DNA of 63,954 bases, filler included, from Rhabdomonas costata (lineage: Eukaryota): assembly GCA_019059605.1 (NCBI GenBank). It is 29 parts of 29 records of this genome, joined end to end, with 100 filler letters (N's around TTAATTAATTAA, not from the genome) between each part and the next. Parts side by side here need not be neighbours in the genome. Positions count along the whole stretch, not along the records: positions 37,570 to 39,678 come from JAHMHO010005586.1; positions 39,779 to 41,886 come from JAHMHO010005587.1; positions 41,987 to 44,094 come from JAHMHO010005588.1; positions 44,195 to 46,301 come from JAHMHO010005589.1; positions 46,402 to 48,508 come from JAHMHO010005590.1; positions 48,609 to 50,714 come from JAHMHO010005591.1; positions 50,815 to 52,923 come from JAHMHO010005592.1; 22 more parts are not named here. One strand, given 5' to 3'. The stretch's first letter is position 1; each line of letters starts with the position of its first letter. The position numbers and the translations under genes are program-made. The notes under the pieces are model-generated. The model saw only the letters and a list, made by a program, of their open reading frames with translations, did no database searches and was not told the origin of the DNA. Below, in pieces: positions 38,615 through 50,839 of this stretch.

Positions 38615-38815
38615 CATCGGCAGTTGGCAGCTGCTGCACCTGGGCCCAGCCACGGGTTGGGTAGCAGGGGACTCTTCCAGGCTGGGTCCCAACCACCGTG
38701 GGGCACCGCCCAGCTTGATCGACAGCGGGTGGGACTCCCACTGCAGCGCCTCAGCAGCCCCACAGACACTCTCGTCCGGCGCGGCTAACCACATTGCCAC
38801 CTCAGAGCTGGCCAT
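38615..38815 (-). CDS. PDCD2/PDCD2L (Tsr4)-like protein, first exon
   Basis: MASSEVAMWLAAP...SIKLGGAPRWL...PRCSSCQLPM followed by a GT donor; matches the family's K-x-GG-x-P-x-WL...CxxC-x-x-PM N-terminus. Confidence 0.7.
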
Positions 38816-39961
38816 TTGCCTCGTGTAAGGGCTGCCCCGCGACCAAAAATGATCTGAGGCCAAAACCTCGAGGGACAACTCACCCCTGAAGTGACAGATA
38901 AAGCAAGGGAAGGGTTGCGCTTCACTGGAGATGTATCCCTGTGCCTGCAACCATCGGTCGTTCTCAGAACTCTTCTCAACATAACTCTCTGGATGATAAC
39001 CCCCCACCCCATGGCGAAAAAATGGCTTGCGCTTGCGATTTGAACAGTGAACATCAAACTATATTGGAAACGAATTGGGGAAAGGACTTGGGTGGACGGG
39101 CTTTTTAGGCTCACCACTTATATTTTGACTATGGAGGACTCGCACTTGTGTCCTTTCTGATCGCAGCTCCCTTTGCGGTGGTTGCAGGGAAGACAGTGCA
39201 TAGCCCAAATATCGTCACAAACTCAAAGGAAACGCAACGCTCCCCACTTCATTTGGTGAGGGGAAGGGAAAAAATATTCACTAGCGGTCAGACAGCAGCC
39301 TACTTCGAAGAACGTCCCTGCATCTGTGCCACTTCGAAACATAGATGCACTCCTACCTTTCTAAGAGCTTATGTGTCCAAGGCCGGAACTTTCTAAACGC
39401 ATGTTTCTGGCCTTCGATACCCTGCAATGGTTCTACAAGGACCTTATTTCAGCGCTGCACACGCGGCGTTTCTGCCGAGTAGGGTCCATCCACGCAAACA
39501 CTCGTTCAAAATCTCATCGTAGCTCGACTGAAATTAAACTACTGCCTTTTCCCCTCGACTGAAAATGAAGGCGTGGGCCTAGCAACGCCCAGTAAGACCA
39601 GACGTGTGCAGGCCACAGGCTGTTTGGACCCAAATGAGGGGCAAGGGATGGGTGAAAACAAAAAGCTCACCAAAGAACNNNNNNNNNNNNNNNNNNNNNN
39701 NNNNNNNNNNNNNNNNNNNNNNTTAATTAATTAANNNNNNNNNNNNNNNNNNNNNNNNNNNNNNNNNNNNNNNNNNNNAAAGAAAACTGTGACCTGGGTT
39801 TTCATGGGCACTGTAAATTCACTAGGGGCCAGACTAATTTACACGCTCACTGAGTATTACACAGCTCCATTCACCACAAGGAAATCCCAATGAGCGAGGT
39901 TCAGTTGAGAAGTTCTGAAAAACATTCCGAGAGAACCGCAACCCAAACGCCTTGCACAGGC

Positions 39962-40229
39962 CTGTTGTTCCCTGTCGATGACCCAGCATATTGGCGATGT
40001 AGTGCAAGGGCACAACGCACTCCTCAACCTCCCGGTACAGAGCGCTTTTGTTGAGGAAGCTCCGGGCTGAGGGAAGGGCACCCCAGCTCTCTCTCCAAAG
40101 CTGCATCACAGCCACCATCTCCGCCACAAGCTCTTTGTACGAGGCGCCCACAGAACCAGAGAGGACCCCGCTGGTGGGTAGCATGGCTATGGCTTTGTCA
40201 ATGGAAAGTATAGGCACGCGAGACGCCAT
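39962..40229 (-). CDS. Hypothetical protein, first exon
   Basis: MASRVPILSIDKAIAML...FLNKSALYREVEECVVPLHYI; candidate GC donor at 39961. Confidence 0.5.
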
Positions 40230-40759
40230 CCGTGACACAACACAACCGGGAAGCCAAGGAAAGAAGACAGGCTTGTGACGATTTGCAAGCGTTCATAATA
40301 TTGTACGGGAAATTTAATATCGTTCTTGGTCGACAAGATTGGTTTGAAAGCGCGAGGCTAAAACCCCACACCAACACATCGCTGATACATGCCCCCTCCA
40401 CCGCCTCCGTTAGCCCAGCTTTTACCACAAACTTTCACCGTATCCTTTAATGTGGTGACATATAATTTCCCAATAGCATCCACTTTGGACTGGACTTTTT
40501 ACCGTTTGGGATAACAAAGCAGATGCCCTCTCCCTTTCGTCAAGTATAGCTCGGGGTGGCGACAATGGGGTGCACCGGATGCGCAGGAGATCACACACGT
40601 TTGGACCAAAATGCTCCAGAGCCTCAAGGTCCCTTGAACACACCAAACTTAGGAGTAGCATACAAAAAACAAAAAAGAACACCGCTCAAAATTTATAGAG
40701 CCGAAGCAGAATATCAGAATCAGGAAAGTTGCGCATGGGGAGGGCAGGGGATTCCACAT

Positions 40760-41692
40760 TACTCCAGTCGGGGCTGAAGCAGCTCCGCCTGTACGGCTTG
40801 CATCGAGAGCGGCCCAGCCGCAGGCCCAGACCAGGAGATGCGGTGGTGGGGTGGGACTCCCTTGGGGGCCTCCTCGTCGAATCTTTCCGGTGCAGTCAAG
40901 CCACTATCCTGCTCCGGCTCGCCCGAGGTCGGGTTCGAGGGAAGAGGGAATCACTTTCTCGGATTAGCACGGCACAACAAAAGCGGTTTCCGTGTTCCTC
41001 CTACAAAGTGCGCAGCTATCGGGGCATCCATTTTTTAGAGCAAGGCCAGTGGGTTGTTGGCTCCTGTTGTCAAAATTTTCATTTTCGAATGAGTCTGAAA
41101 AATTGCCGCGATGAATTGTTCCAAAACCTTCCAACCCAAAACAGCGGAAGATAACCGATTATAACGCACCCTCGTAAGTTCTGAGGCAAGACCCAAGAGA
41201 CTGCATAAAGCTAATTTGGACTCCCACGTCCCCAAGCCCGAACCGCCGCTGTTGCTGCTGCTCCTGCTGCAGCTGCTGCAGCTGCTGGACTTCAGTCTGA
41301 AGCTGCTCAATCCGCTCCACAATGCTGTCCAACCGGCCCTGGAGTTCATCGAGCAAAGCCTGGTTGCGCAGCCGGTCCTGCGCAATCTCCGCCAGCTGCG
41401 CGGGAAGTTCCTCCCGCAAAGCTGCGGCCTTCCCGTCTTTCTCAGCAGCATCGGCAGCGCTGGTAGAACAGTGACTATCCCCAACACTCACGTCAGAATC
41501 GCACAGAGCCATCTCCAGTCGTTCCTGGCACGAGCGCAGGTTGCGCTCCATGCCCGCCGAAAGGTCAATTTTCTCAGCTAGGCGGTCAATGGTCGCCTGC
41601 AGGGTAGCCGAAAGGGCCTCTGCGTCCCGGAGCTCCTCTGTGGTGCGGCAGAGAACCTCTGAAGAGGTCTCCGGGAGGGCCACAGAGGGGTT
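40760..41692 (-). CDS. Coiled-coil protein, 3' exons
   Basis: Exon 41692-~41244 (EELRDAEALSATLQATIDRL...QQLQQEQQQQR) and a probable terminal exon ending LQPRLE* near 40760. Confidence 0.65.
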
Positions 41693-41986
41693 CTGGCACC
41701 CAAAAACCGACTGCAGAACTCCCATGAAGCTCGCAAATTCCAAAACTAAAAAAATCCACTGAAAAATAAATCAACCGATTCCCCCCACTACAGTGAGGTC
41801 AATGCAATGACCTTTAAAACAGGCAAACCCCCTAATAGAAGGTCACCGATTAGTTGGAACACATCAAGGTTAAGCCCCACCCACACNNNNNNNNNNNNNN
41901 NNNNNNNNNNNNNNNNNNNNNNNNNNNNNNTTAATTAATTAANNNNNNNNNNNNNNNNNNNNNNNNNNNNNNNNNNNNNNNNNNNN

Positions 41987-43816
41987 GTGGGGTTCGTAAA
42001 GAGGCCCCACGCAGCCGCAAAGATGGCTTCCAAAACTTCGGGATCCTCCTGTTCAAAAAACCCATTGTGTGTGATGTACATGCCCTTTGTGTGTGTGATG
42101 TATACACTCCCAAATAATAGAAACAAGCAATCTAGCGCGAGTCACACGCCAAAACCAGTGGCCAGTCGCCAGTGGTTCAAGAGAAACGTTAAAATGGGAA
42201 CACAGAAGCAACAGAGCTTCGGGATGGCAGATGATCCACTGAACACTGCCGGTTTCATTCCTAAAGAGAGAACAAAAACATTTGAACCTTTCGCAAATAT
42301 TGACATTTTATGAGAAGATTACACGTTCTATCCTTTGCCCTTGAATGCACTTGGTAAGATTAATTGGGGAGACCAGAGAGCGTGACGGATTGTCCGTATT
42401 TTGAAACATTTTCTGTTCTTTCGTGTTCTGCGGTCCAAGATCATACGAGGTGGACGTCGCATTTGCACCAGCAAGCTTTCAGGAGAAAGGAATCACCATA
42501 GGGCCTGCACACACGGCACTCTAGCATCTGAAACTAAACCGAAAATCAGAGGAACGTCTCGCAAGAGGCCAATGTTGAAGCGGGATATCCCAAGTCCCAG
42601 CACCTTGCACAACAACCGGTCAGCGTGGTGAGAATGCCACCACTTCACCACACTTCAGACAATGGGTGGAACGTCTTGCACACGCTCCAGTGCCAGGACC
42701 AAAGCTTGCGCGAAGCATGGGAAAACCATGAGCTGGCCCAAATAAAATGCAGCAGGCCAACGAGATACTGCATCAGAATTTGATTGCACTCTCCTTCCCT
42801 TTGCAGGAAACACACTGATCATCTGCTAATCATGATCATCTCCTTCAGGCCATTTGGGCGATTCTATTCTCAAGTGCACACAGCCCCTTGACGAACAACC
42901 CCCGTCTCCCTTCCTTTCCGTTTTTAGCACACTCACCTTGTGCGCCAGGCGGGCGGTGGCCAGCGCGGGGAGCACGGCGGTGGCAGCCAGTGCGTCGCTG
43001 AGCGCGGGATGCAGGGAGAGGTTGTGCAGGCACGTGCACACTCGCATCACCAAGACACGGTTTCCGGGGCAGGCCCGTAGCAGGGCCACCAGGTTGGGTA
43101 CCACGGCACCCTCAGACAGAGCTTCCTGGGTGCATATACAGGCGTTGTGGTTATGCAGGCGACTGTAAAACCAAATGAAAGAAAAAGTTCACGCGCAAAG
43201 ATAATAAAAGAGTTCAATGCAAAATCTCGCGAAAAGATTACCATCGTGTCCAACAGGTCCTCAAATGCAGTAGAACAGAGGTATGGGGAAGATTCTATGA
43301 CATGCATACGTTTGCACAGGCGTACGTACATAATTTCAGTATTGACGCATCCGTTTCTTTCAGCTCGGGCAGTGCACGCCCCCGAAACCCAAACCCAAGT
43401 CACCACCCCAACAATAAGCGCGGATCACAGGACCACGCAAAAGCGCTTCCAGATGACGGAGGAATATCACGCCGTTCGTTGGAATGCCTATCAATTCGCG
43501 AATGTCTGAGCCAATAAGTCAATGGACGTACATTCTTATCAGCCACCAGAAGTGCTGGAGCAGCACCATGCGCCCCCACTCTGCTCTCAGTCCATTAAGC
43601 TGGACACACCACATGCGCCTTTGAGGCTGCGAAGTTGCCCAGAACTCCGCAGGCGAGCCCAGACAGCAGCTGGTGCCGCGCCGCGCGGGGGTCAGAGGGG
43701 TGCAGCAGGGAGGACAGCTCTGCCACAATTGGGGTGGCGCCCAGCACGGCGTGGTTGTCAGGGTGCGCGGAGAAGTTCCCCACCACACGGCACAACTCGT
43801 AGAGCACCCGGCTGTC
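41987..43816 (-). CDS. Armadillo-repeat protein (3 exons, partial)
   Basis: Exons 43816-43610, 43125-42937 and 42048-edge, phase-0 GT-AG. Repeats LCRVVGNFS, ACGVLGNFA, VCTCLHNLS and AAAWGLF recur at about 42-aa spacing. Confidence 0.88.
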
Positions 43817-44652
43817 CTGAGTGAGTGCGAGCGTGGGACAGGGGTGTGTTCGGAGCGGTGGTGGCACAACAGTTCATGCACGTATTCCTGCCCCCCCCCC
43901 CTTCTCCTTCGCGGGTGTGAGAATAGGTGGGGGAAAACGGGAAAAGGAAGCAGAACCCACGCTTGCGCGGAGAAGCACATGCATCTGTAGGCATGAGCGG
44001 GTGCCTCTGTATGCGGATGCGCTGCGGTGGGACTACTGCCTCTGGTCCTTCGGTCCAGAAAAGTTGTCCAGGACAGTTGTCCACCCCCAAAAACNNNNNN
44101 NNNNNNNNNNNNNNNNNNNNNNNNNNNNNNNNNNNNNNTTAATTAATTAANNNNNNNNNNNNNNNNNNNNNNNNNNNNNNNNNNNNNNNNNNNNTCCACT
44201 CAGATGATGAGTAATTCATGGCTTATCTTGACATAACTTCTCATCCAGCGATAGCACTCAGAGTAGGGAAAGGAAAGCCTGATTAACAACCACACCTTCA
44301 TTGCTTCAGCCTGAGAAGCGTCGAATGAACTCTCCTGGAGATGCCGGCTGAGGATTTCCTCGAACTTTGCCATGTTCTTCGAAATAAAAGCCGGAGTCTT
44401 GGGCCGGTTCTGGCACTCAACCTGTTGTTATTTGAGAAGGGAACGACCTACCAATAACACACTCAAACATTCTCGTCAGAGCCTCCGCCGCTCTCACTTG
44501 AAAGAACAGACGCGAGGAGCTTCACCGAATGCATCACTTGCTTTTGTTATAGCGCTTGCCTTCCAGTCAGCACGCCGTTGTCGTCTCATGATCAGACAGG
44601 TGTTGTGCTCGGTCGCACGTTGGCGTTGGGGGGAGTGGGGCGGTGATGAAAC

Positions 44653-46150
44653 CAGGAACTGCTGGAAGGGCATCTCCGTCGGGTTCAGGCAAAGGTGCCT
44701 CAGCGTGGTCAGCACAGGCTTGTAGGCCGGGAAGAAGATATTAGTCTCGCAAAGCCGCACGTGTGCCAAAGTTCCGGAATCCCGAGCGTACTCCAATACC
44801 TGCAGCAGCCGCAAGGGGTCCCCCTCGACGAACTCCACCCCTTTTGTGTGTACGTTTGAGTATGTGTGTCCGCGTGCGTGGGTGGAGCCCCCCCTCGACC
44901 GTGTGGGACAGCAGATGAGGGAAAACGGGAGGGGACATAAAGGAGAAAGGTGCATCGTCGGCTCATGCAGCTAAGCAGAAACCTGGTTTGCTAAATGTGA
45001 ATTTGATGATGGGATGAGCAAAGTCGCGGGTTTGGGTTCCGACAGACCGTCATACAGCTGCTGTTGAGTTTCAAATCGAGAGAGCTTGGAAGTTTCAAGA
45101 CAGATAAGGAAGCGACGGAGCAGGCAGCCACTCCCCAAGTATCAAGAAAACCTTTTGCAGAATGAGAAGAGGCCGGCTCGCGCCCGTTTTATTGAGTCAC
45201 TTTTTCAAACAACCCTTTCCGGTGCCCGTCATTGAAGTGGTGTGGTCTTTCAGACACATCAACCCCATGATCAACAGAAATGAAATTTCCCTACGAGACA
45301 AGAAGCGAGCAGCAAAAAAAAACTTTAACTGTGAGGTCAGCCACCATCAGCCAAGCCGAAAAGCAAGCTCATTTGTCAAAGGGTTGGCAGAAACAGAGCA
45401 GACGAACCGAGGATTCCGCGCCGCAGCAGAAACGGGTCACGGTGTGCGGAGAGTAGCCAGAACAGCTCCGTAGCGGTGTGGGAGGGCACCACCACGAGCA
45501 GGAGCCTGCCCTGCTCCAGGCGGCTGTTGCGGGCCCAGTCGACGTCCTCTCCGCAGCGGAAGCTCAGCGTCCACTGCAGCGGTACAGAGGCCGCGCGGTT
45601 CAGATTCAGCCCCACCAAGGCGACGTCCTAAGGCCACCCCCACACACCCCCTCGCACATCTCAAATGATCACACACCCTTGAATACCGTGATTGGCCTTG
45701 AATACCGTGTAACTTAGCACGAGTCTGGGAACCCCGTTGTGGTTTAAGAACCGAACAAGGGCACATGTACAAATGTCCAGTGTCAAAAGTTCCCATTGTG
45801 GCAGATCAGGGATGTGCAGCGTTAATAAGGCCCAATTTCCTCAACAGATGACCACTACAAGCGAGAAACATCATTCCAGACACGCTTACCACGTTTACCC
45901 AGCAAAGGACGAGAGCTGCATAAAATTTATCAAACGGCCGTCGCATTACTAAAATCTGCGAGCGCGCTGCAGTGGTCAGGAAGGGTGTGGGTGCACACAG
46001 GCAAAGTGGAAAGTCACCAACTGCCTTTCACTTTCGGAAGAAGAGGGGTACCGAGTAGAACCGGCTGTGGTGCTGCACGCTGCGCTGCCGCTTCTCTGGA
46101 AGGTACGTCAGTTCTTGTGGGGCGAAAGCCTGCGAGAAGAGACCCACTCC
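44653..46150 (-). CDS. ZNFX1-like UPF1-family SF1 helicase, region upstream of the helicase core (3 exons)
   Basis: Exons 46150-46052, 45627-45408 and 44840-44653 give SRFYS|DV, VDWARNSRLEQGRLLLV, HRDPFLLRRGILGVEF and LCETNIFFPAYKPVLTTL...EMPFQQFL. These are collinear with ZNFX1 W-x-x-SKRL-x-x-GSL and E-x-x-x-YFEAYRHVL...PF motifs. Confidence 0.78.
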
Positions 46151-46557
46151 CTGCTTAAGGAGCAGGACAGGCACTCCCTTGAAAGTTCGCCGCACCTATC
46201 TCTGGTATTGCCACGAACCAAATATCGTGGTCTTTGGACAAGAGATGCGGATAATCGATGCGGAAAGCAGCATTGACACTAGGAGGCCCGCAACCCAAAA
46301 CNNNNNNNNNNNNNNNNNNNNNNNNNNNNNNNNNNNNNNNNNNNNTTAATTAATTAANNNNNNNNNNNNNNNNNNNNNNNNNNNNNNNNNNNNNNNNNNN
46401 NGGTTCGTGGTGGGTGAACCATCACCATCATCGATATTCACATTCATAATGATGCAGTTTATCACATACAGCTCTCACAAAAACGTTCAAGGGAAGCACT
46501 GCTATTACTGTATACCTCTTCCTTTGCAACATGCTTTCTCCTTCTATGTTGTCGCAG

Positions 46558-47218
46558 TGGCCACTGGCCCTGTTCCGGGCTCAGCGGTCCTTCAGTGCCA
46601 CCCGGAGCTCAACTCCACACCGCCGTGCACCTTGCTGCACTGGGAGTTGGTGCCCACAGAGAGCGTGTTGGCGATGAGGCGCGCTTACGAGCAGGTTCGG
46701 TTCTCCACAGAACCCTTCTCTCTCTCTTACCCCTGTCGGTATCCTGTTTTTAATCCCGAAGCGTTATCCTTGAAACTCTAGGGGTCCTCCTTGGTCTCTG
46801 TCGTTGAGGTCCATGAATTAGTCCATCAATGTTGATGCGGCATTCTTTTGCTTCTGTAGTAGTGTTATGTGGTAGACCTTTTATAGAATGTGCCTCCACT
46901 TGTCTCGCAGCATTCTCACCCGCTATTGGTGGTAGTATAGCATCTGGTTCCAGCTGTGCTGCAACGGAGCGGCTCTGAATAAGGGTCTTCCCCACCCATC
47001 GCTTACCCAGTCTCTTACGGCGAGGTTCTGTTTCCTCGCAGGGGCTCTCGCTGTTCCTGGAGGGCAGGCTGGAAGCCGCGAGGACGTTCTTCACGGAGGC
47101 CTGCCGGCTGGTGCCCTCGGACGGTCCCTCGCGGGTGCTTCTGGAGCACTGCAGCTCTGTACCAGGCACAGAGACCCCCCGAATGCGGGACGGAGTACTT
47201 CGTGTCCTTAGCAAATGA
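46558..47218 (+). CDS. Adenylyl cyclase C-terminal exons (TPR-like tail)
   Basis: Exons 46558-46694 and 47042-47218 give AYEQ|GLSLFLEGRLEAARTFFTEACRLVPSDGPSRVLLEHC...DGVLRVLSK*, the typical tail of bacterial-type class III cyclases. Confidence 0.8.
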
Positions 47219-48608
47219 GGGAAAAGGGCGATTCAGCAGAAGTCGCCAATAGGATGCAGCGTTTTCAGCCAGCAGCAGGGGTCTTTCTGTTGAATTGTGT
47301 GCTTCCTCGCCGTTCGCAAGCGGTTTGCCGTATCCAGAAGGCTGCGTTTTGGCTTGCGTTGGCTGTGGACGCTTAGTGGCCTGCTTTTCGTTTCTACCAG
47401 TACTGTTTCTCTCTTTTGCTTGCGTGCTGTATTTGTGCTTTTTCCACTCTCCTTTCTGTTTGCCCCTTTTTCATTCTTTGGGGATAGCCGACAGCCTGCA
47501 CTTTCATATGGCCTAGCAGCAACGTGCTTACAGGTGGCCCAGACAATGCATCCACCAACTTTTGGCCCTTCCCCCAGGCTCAGGGTGTTCCCTGACTTGT
47601 CCCCAGAACGCTTTTCTTGTGCACCGTGATTCTCCAGTGCAATGTTGTTTTATATTTTTCCCCTCCGTAACCCCTCACATCCGAGCCATTTCGGATCCAC
47701 ACACTTGCAGCACCTGCGGCTGGCATGGGAATGAGAGTGGCAGAAAGCGCAGCACCGATGTGTGTCGCCTTTCCTGCGCTCTGGGGGGATTTCGGAGGGT
47801 GTGAGTACTGAGCATGCGGAACTGGTCTCAGTTACTCGTCAGGAGAGTGAGGTTGTCTGTGGGCTCTCTGTGCCTTGCAATCTTGCCATTGTTTTGATTG
47901 AGGTTGGTTTTAAACTGAGACCTGGGACATTCCACGCACACCCACAACACATCCGCCGCTCACTGGATTGTTTCTTTACTTCAGTATCTGAGTCATTTGC
48001 TCCGTGCTTCCCTCTCTCATTTTTTTTCAACGCACCATCTCCGTTCCGACGCAACGCCGTGCTCTCATGGAAGTCGGAATGTATGGCTGCGTTGTCCAAA
48101 ATTGCCTCCCGTCTCACTCGTGCCACGTGAATGAATGGCTATGCAGCTAAAGTTGAATTTACTTTTGCAGCTGATTATGTCCCACCCCAAAACACACACA
48201 CATGGGGCCCTGTCTGGTGCCACGGAGGCTTTCTTCGCCTGCATCCTCGTGGGTAAAGCAGGGGGAATGACCTGCAGTAGTCGTGCTCAGGAGATTGCGT
48301 CTGAGGGCAGGCGAAGTGGTCGATTGGGCTTGTTCTGCTCCCTCCCTTTCTACATTGATTCATACAAAAAGGACCTCAGTGGGGTGGATGTATTCATTGA
48401 TTCCCCCTCCGTCCTCGCATGTCAAACGATAGGGTTTTTTTTTGGGGGGGGGGAGGTACCAACTTCTCCTCTAACGGAAGAAAGCAAAAGCAACGCTCCA
48501 CCCCGGAANNNNNNNNNNNNNNNNNNNNNNNNNNNNNNNNNNNNNNNNNNNNTTAATTAATTAANNNNNNNNNNNNNNNNNNNNNNNNNNNNNNNNNNNN
48601 NNNNNNNN

Positions 48609-50714
48609 GTTTTTGTTGAAGTTGGATCGTTTGACATGACGAAATGATACCAGAACTTCTTGAAGAAGAACGAGCAAAACACAGAGCCATTGTTTACAGA
48701 AAAGTAAAAGATGATAAATATTTTAATAGTAACAATGATATCAGTTCAATCTTTTTTTATGGTATACTACAATACACTGATATTTATAATAGATTACAAA
48801 GTGTATATGATGCACAAACAGCTGCATTTAAAATTAATGTTTCATGTGGTTTTGTTTTTGAAGAATCAATGAATAATGGTGAAGAATATGTATATAAAAT
48901 AGGACATGCATATGATGACACTAAAATTCTTGAAGAACCTATGTTGATAAGAAGTAAAAAAAGACTTTGATAAACTTGTTAACAAATTAGAGTTACTTAA
49001 CGAAGAAGAGTTCGCATATAGAACCACTGAAGGAGGTAAAAACACAAAAACAAAAGCATTTACCAACTCTTCGTTAAGATTTATAAATTGAAAGATCCTA
49101 TAGGTTCACCTGTTGTTCTTCCTGAATGTTTACTACTATCAAAGATTGTATACACTGCTATCAATACCAAAACAAAGGAAGATGACAAATTATGTTTCTG
49201 GCGTTGTTTAGCTCGGCACTTTAACCCAAAAACTCATCACTTAAATCTTATCAAACAAAGGTATTGTTTTATAAATATTATAACAATGATGAAATTAAAA
49301 ACAAGTATATTCACTCAAAAATAACAATTGTACAGCATAAACAATATCTAGGTGTTGAGCTTATAGAAATAGATGATATCGAATTATTTTTTAATCTCAA
49401 TATTACAATTTATAGATTAACTGTAAAAGAAAATGAAGTAACAGCAGAAAAACTGAGATTTAACAATAAAACAGTGGGTAAAGAATAACACTAGGATTAT
49501 ATGAAAATCATTTTGTGTACATCAAAGATAATATCAATAAACTGTGCATGGTGTTTAGATGTGAACAGTGTATGCAACAGTTCACACGACATGATCATTT
49601 AGTAAGACACCAAAAAGGAGATTGTAGTGAACTATACAAAGATGTATTCACAGAAGGAGTAGAAGAATTTACACATCATGAAAATATTATGAAATATTAT
49701 ATTTTTCGAAAAGTAAAAAATCTTTTATGTACCCATATTTTGCAGTCTATGATTTTGAGTCTATTGCTAAGGATATCGATAAAAAGAAGGGTGATAACAC
49801 AGTTATATTGAATAAACAAGTACCTCAATTACAGTCTGATAACGACTTGACATTACATAAAGATGAAAAGCAAATAGTTTTATCGTCTACATCAAATAAA
49901 TTTAAGTTCCGTATACAAAAATATGTAAATCGAGAGATGGCTTCAATTTCCAGTTGTTGGATTTAATAACAGTTTTTATGATATTAATATTTGCAAGGAT
50001 TACAATTTCTTGAAAACTTTTGAACCAAATTCAGCAATCAAACAAGGTTCTAGACATAAGACACTTTCTAATGATAAAATATGTATTCTTGATGCAATGA
50101 TGTATAACCCTGTAGGAACAAGTCTTGACAAGTACCTGAAATCAAGAGAAACAGACATGATAAAGGGTCATTTTCCATACAAATGGTTAACGAGCTACAA
50201 TAAGTTGTACGAAACAGAATTGCCACCGTACAAGTTTTTTGAAACTCCAAAAACAACTAAAGAAGAATATAACCAGCTACTGATTATATGGAAAGAGGAA
50301 AACTTTAAAATATGTTTGATTATTTGAAGTACTATAATAACCTTGATGTAAAACCATTAATTCAAGCTATTACAAAACATAGAAGCTTTTTGTCAGGACT
50401 AGCAGAAAAGATCATGTTTAAGAACTCAAATGAGCAACAGTACGAAAATGTACCATTTCACGAGGAGCAGGTTTATAATGAAGAAGGTGAAGTAGCCAAA
50501 ACAGTAAAGGTTTATGAGAACAAGGTATATCTGATTGATGAATCTAATAAAGAATGTTTTTACTTATTGCGTGAAAACAATGTCGGTGGTCCTTCTATTG
50601 TATTTCATAGATATCATGAAAAAGATGTTACACGGCTAACACGTGTAAAACGAACAAATAAAAAGTATGTCTGTGAATGTGACGGTAAACAAGTAAAAAA
50701 GATTTTTGGTTTTG
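48609..50714 (+). mobile_element. Decayed Polinton/Maverick-type protein-primed family B DNA polymerase
   Basis: AT-rich and intronless. Ordered motifs: LCFWRCLA, C2H2 finger FRCEQCMQQFTRHDHLVRH, ExoI YDFES, ExoII VGFNNSFYD, KGHFPY, ExoIII YLKYYNNLDV, VGGPSIVFHRYHEK, then KIFGF just before Pol motif A; many frameshifts. Confidence 0.88.
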
Positions 50715-50839
50715 NNNNNNNNNNNNNNNNNNNNNNNNNNNNNNNNNNNNNNNNNNNNTTAATTAATTAANNNNNNNNNNNNNNNNNNNNNNNNNNNNNN
50801 NNNNNNNNNNNNNNGTTGGGTGGGACCCTGGGAGCCCAC

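Noticed and set aside
43610..43618. GC donor AAG|GCGCAT in the armadillo gene
   Set aside because: A GT donor 9 nt downstream preserves the repeat register (NFAASKAHV|EAL versus NFSAHPDNHAVL).
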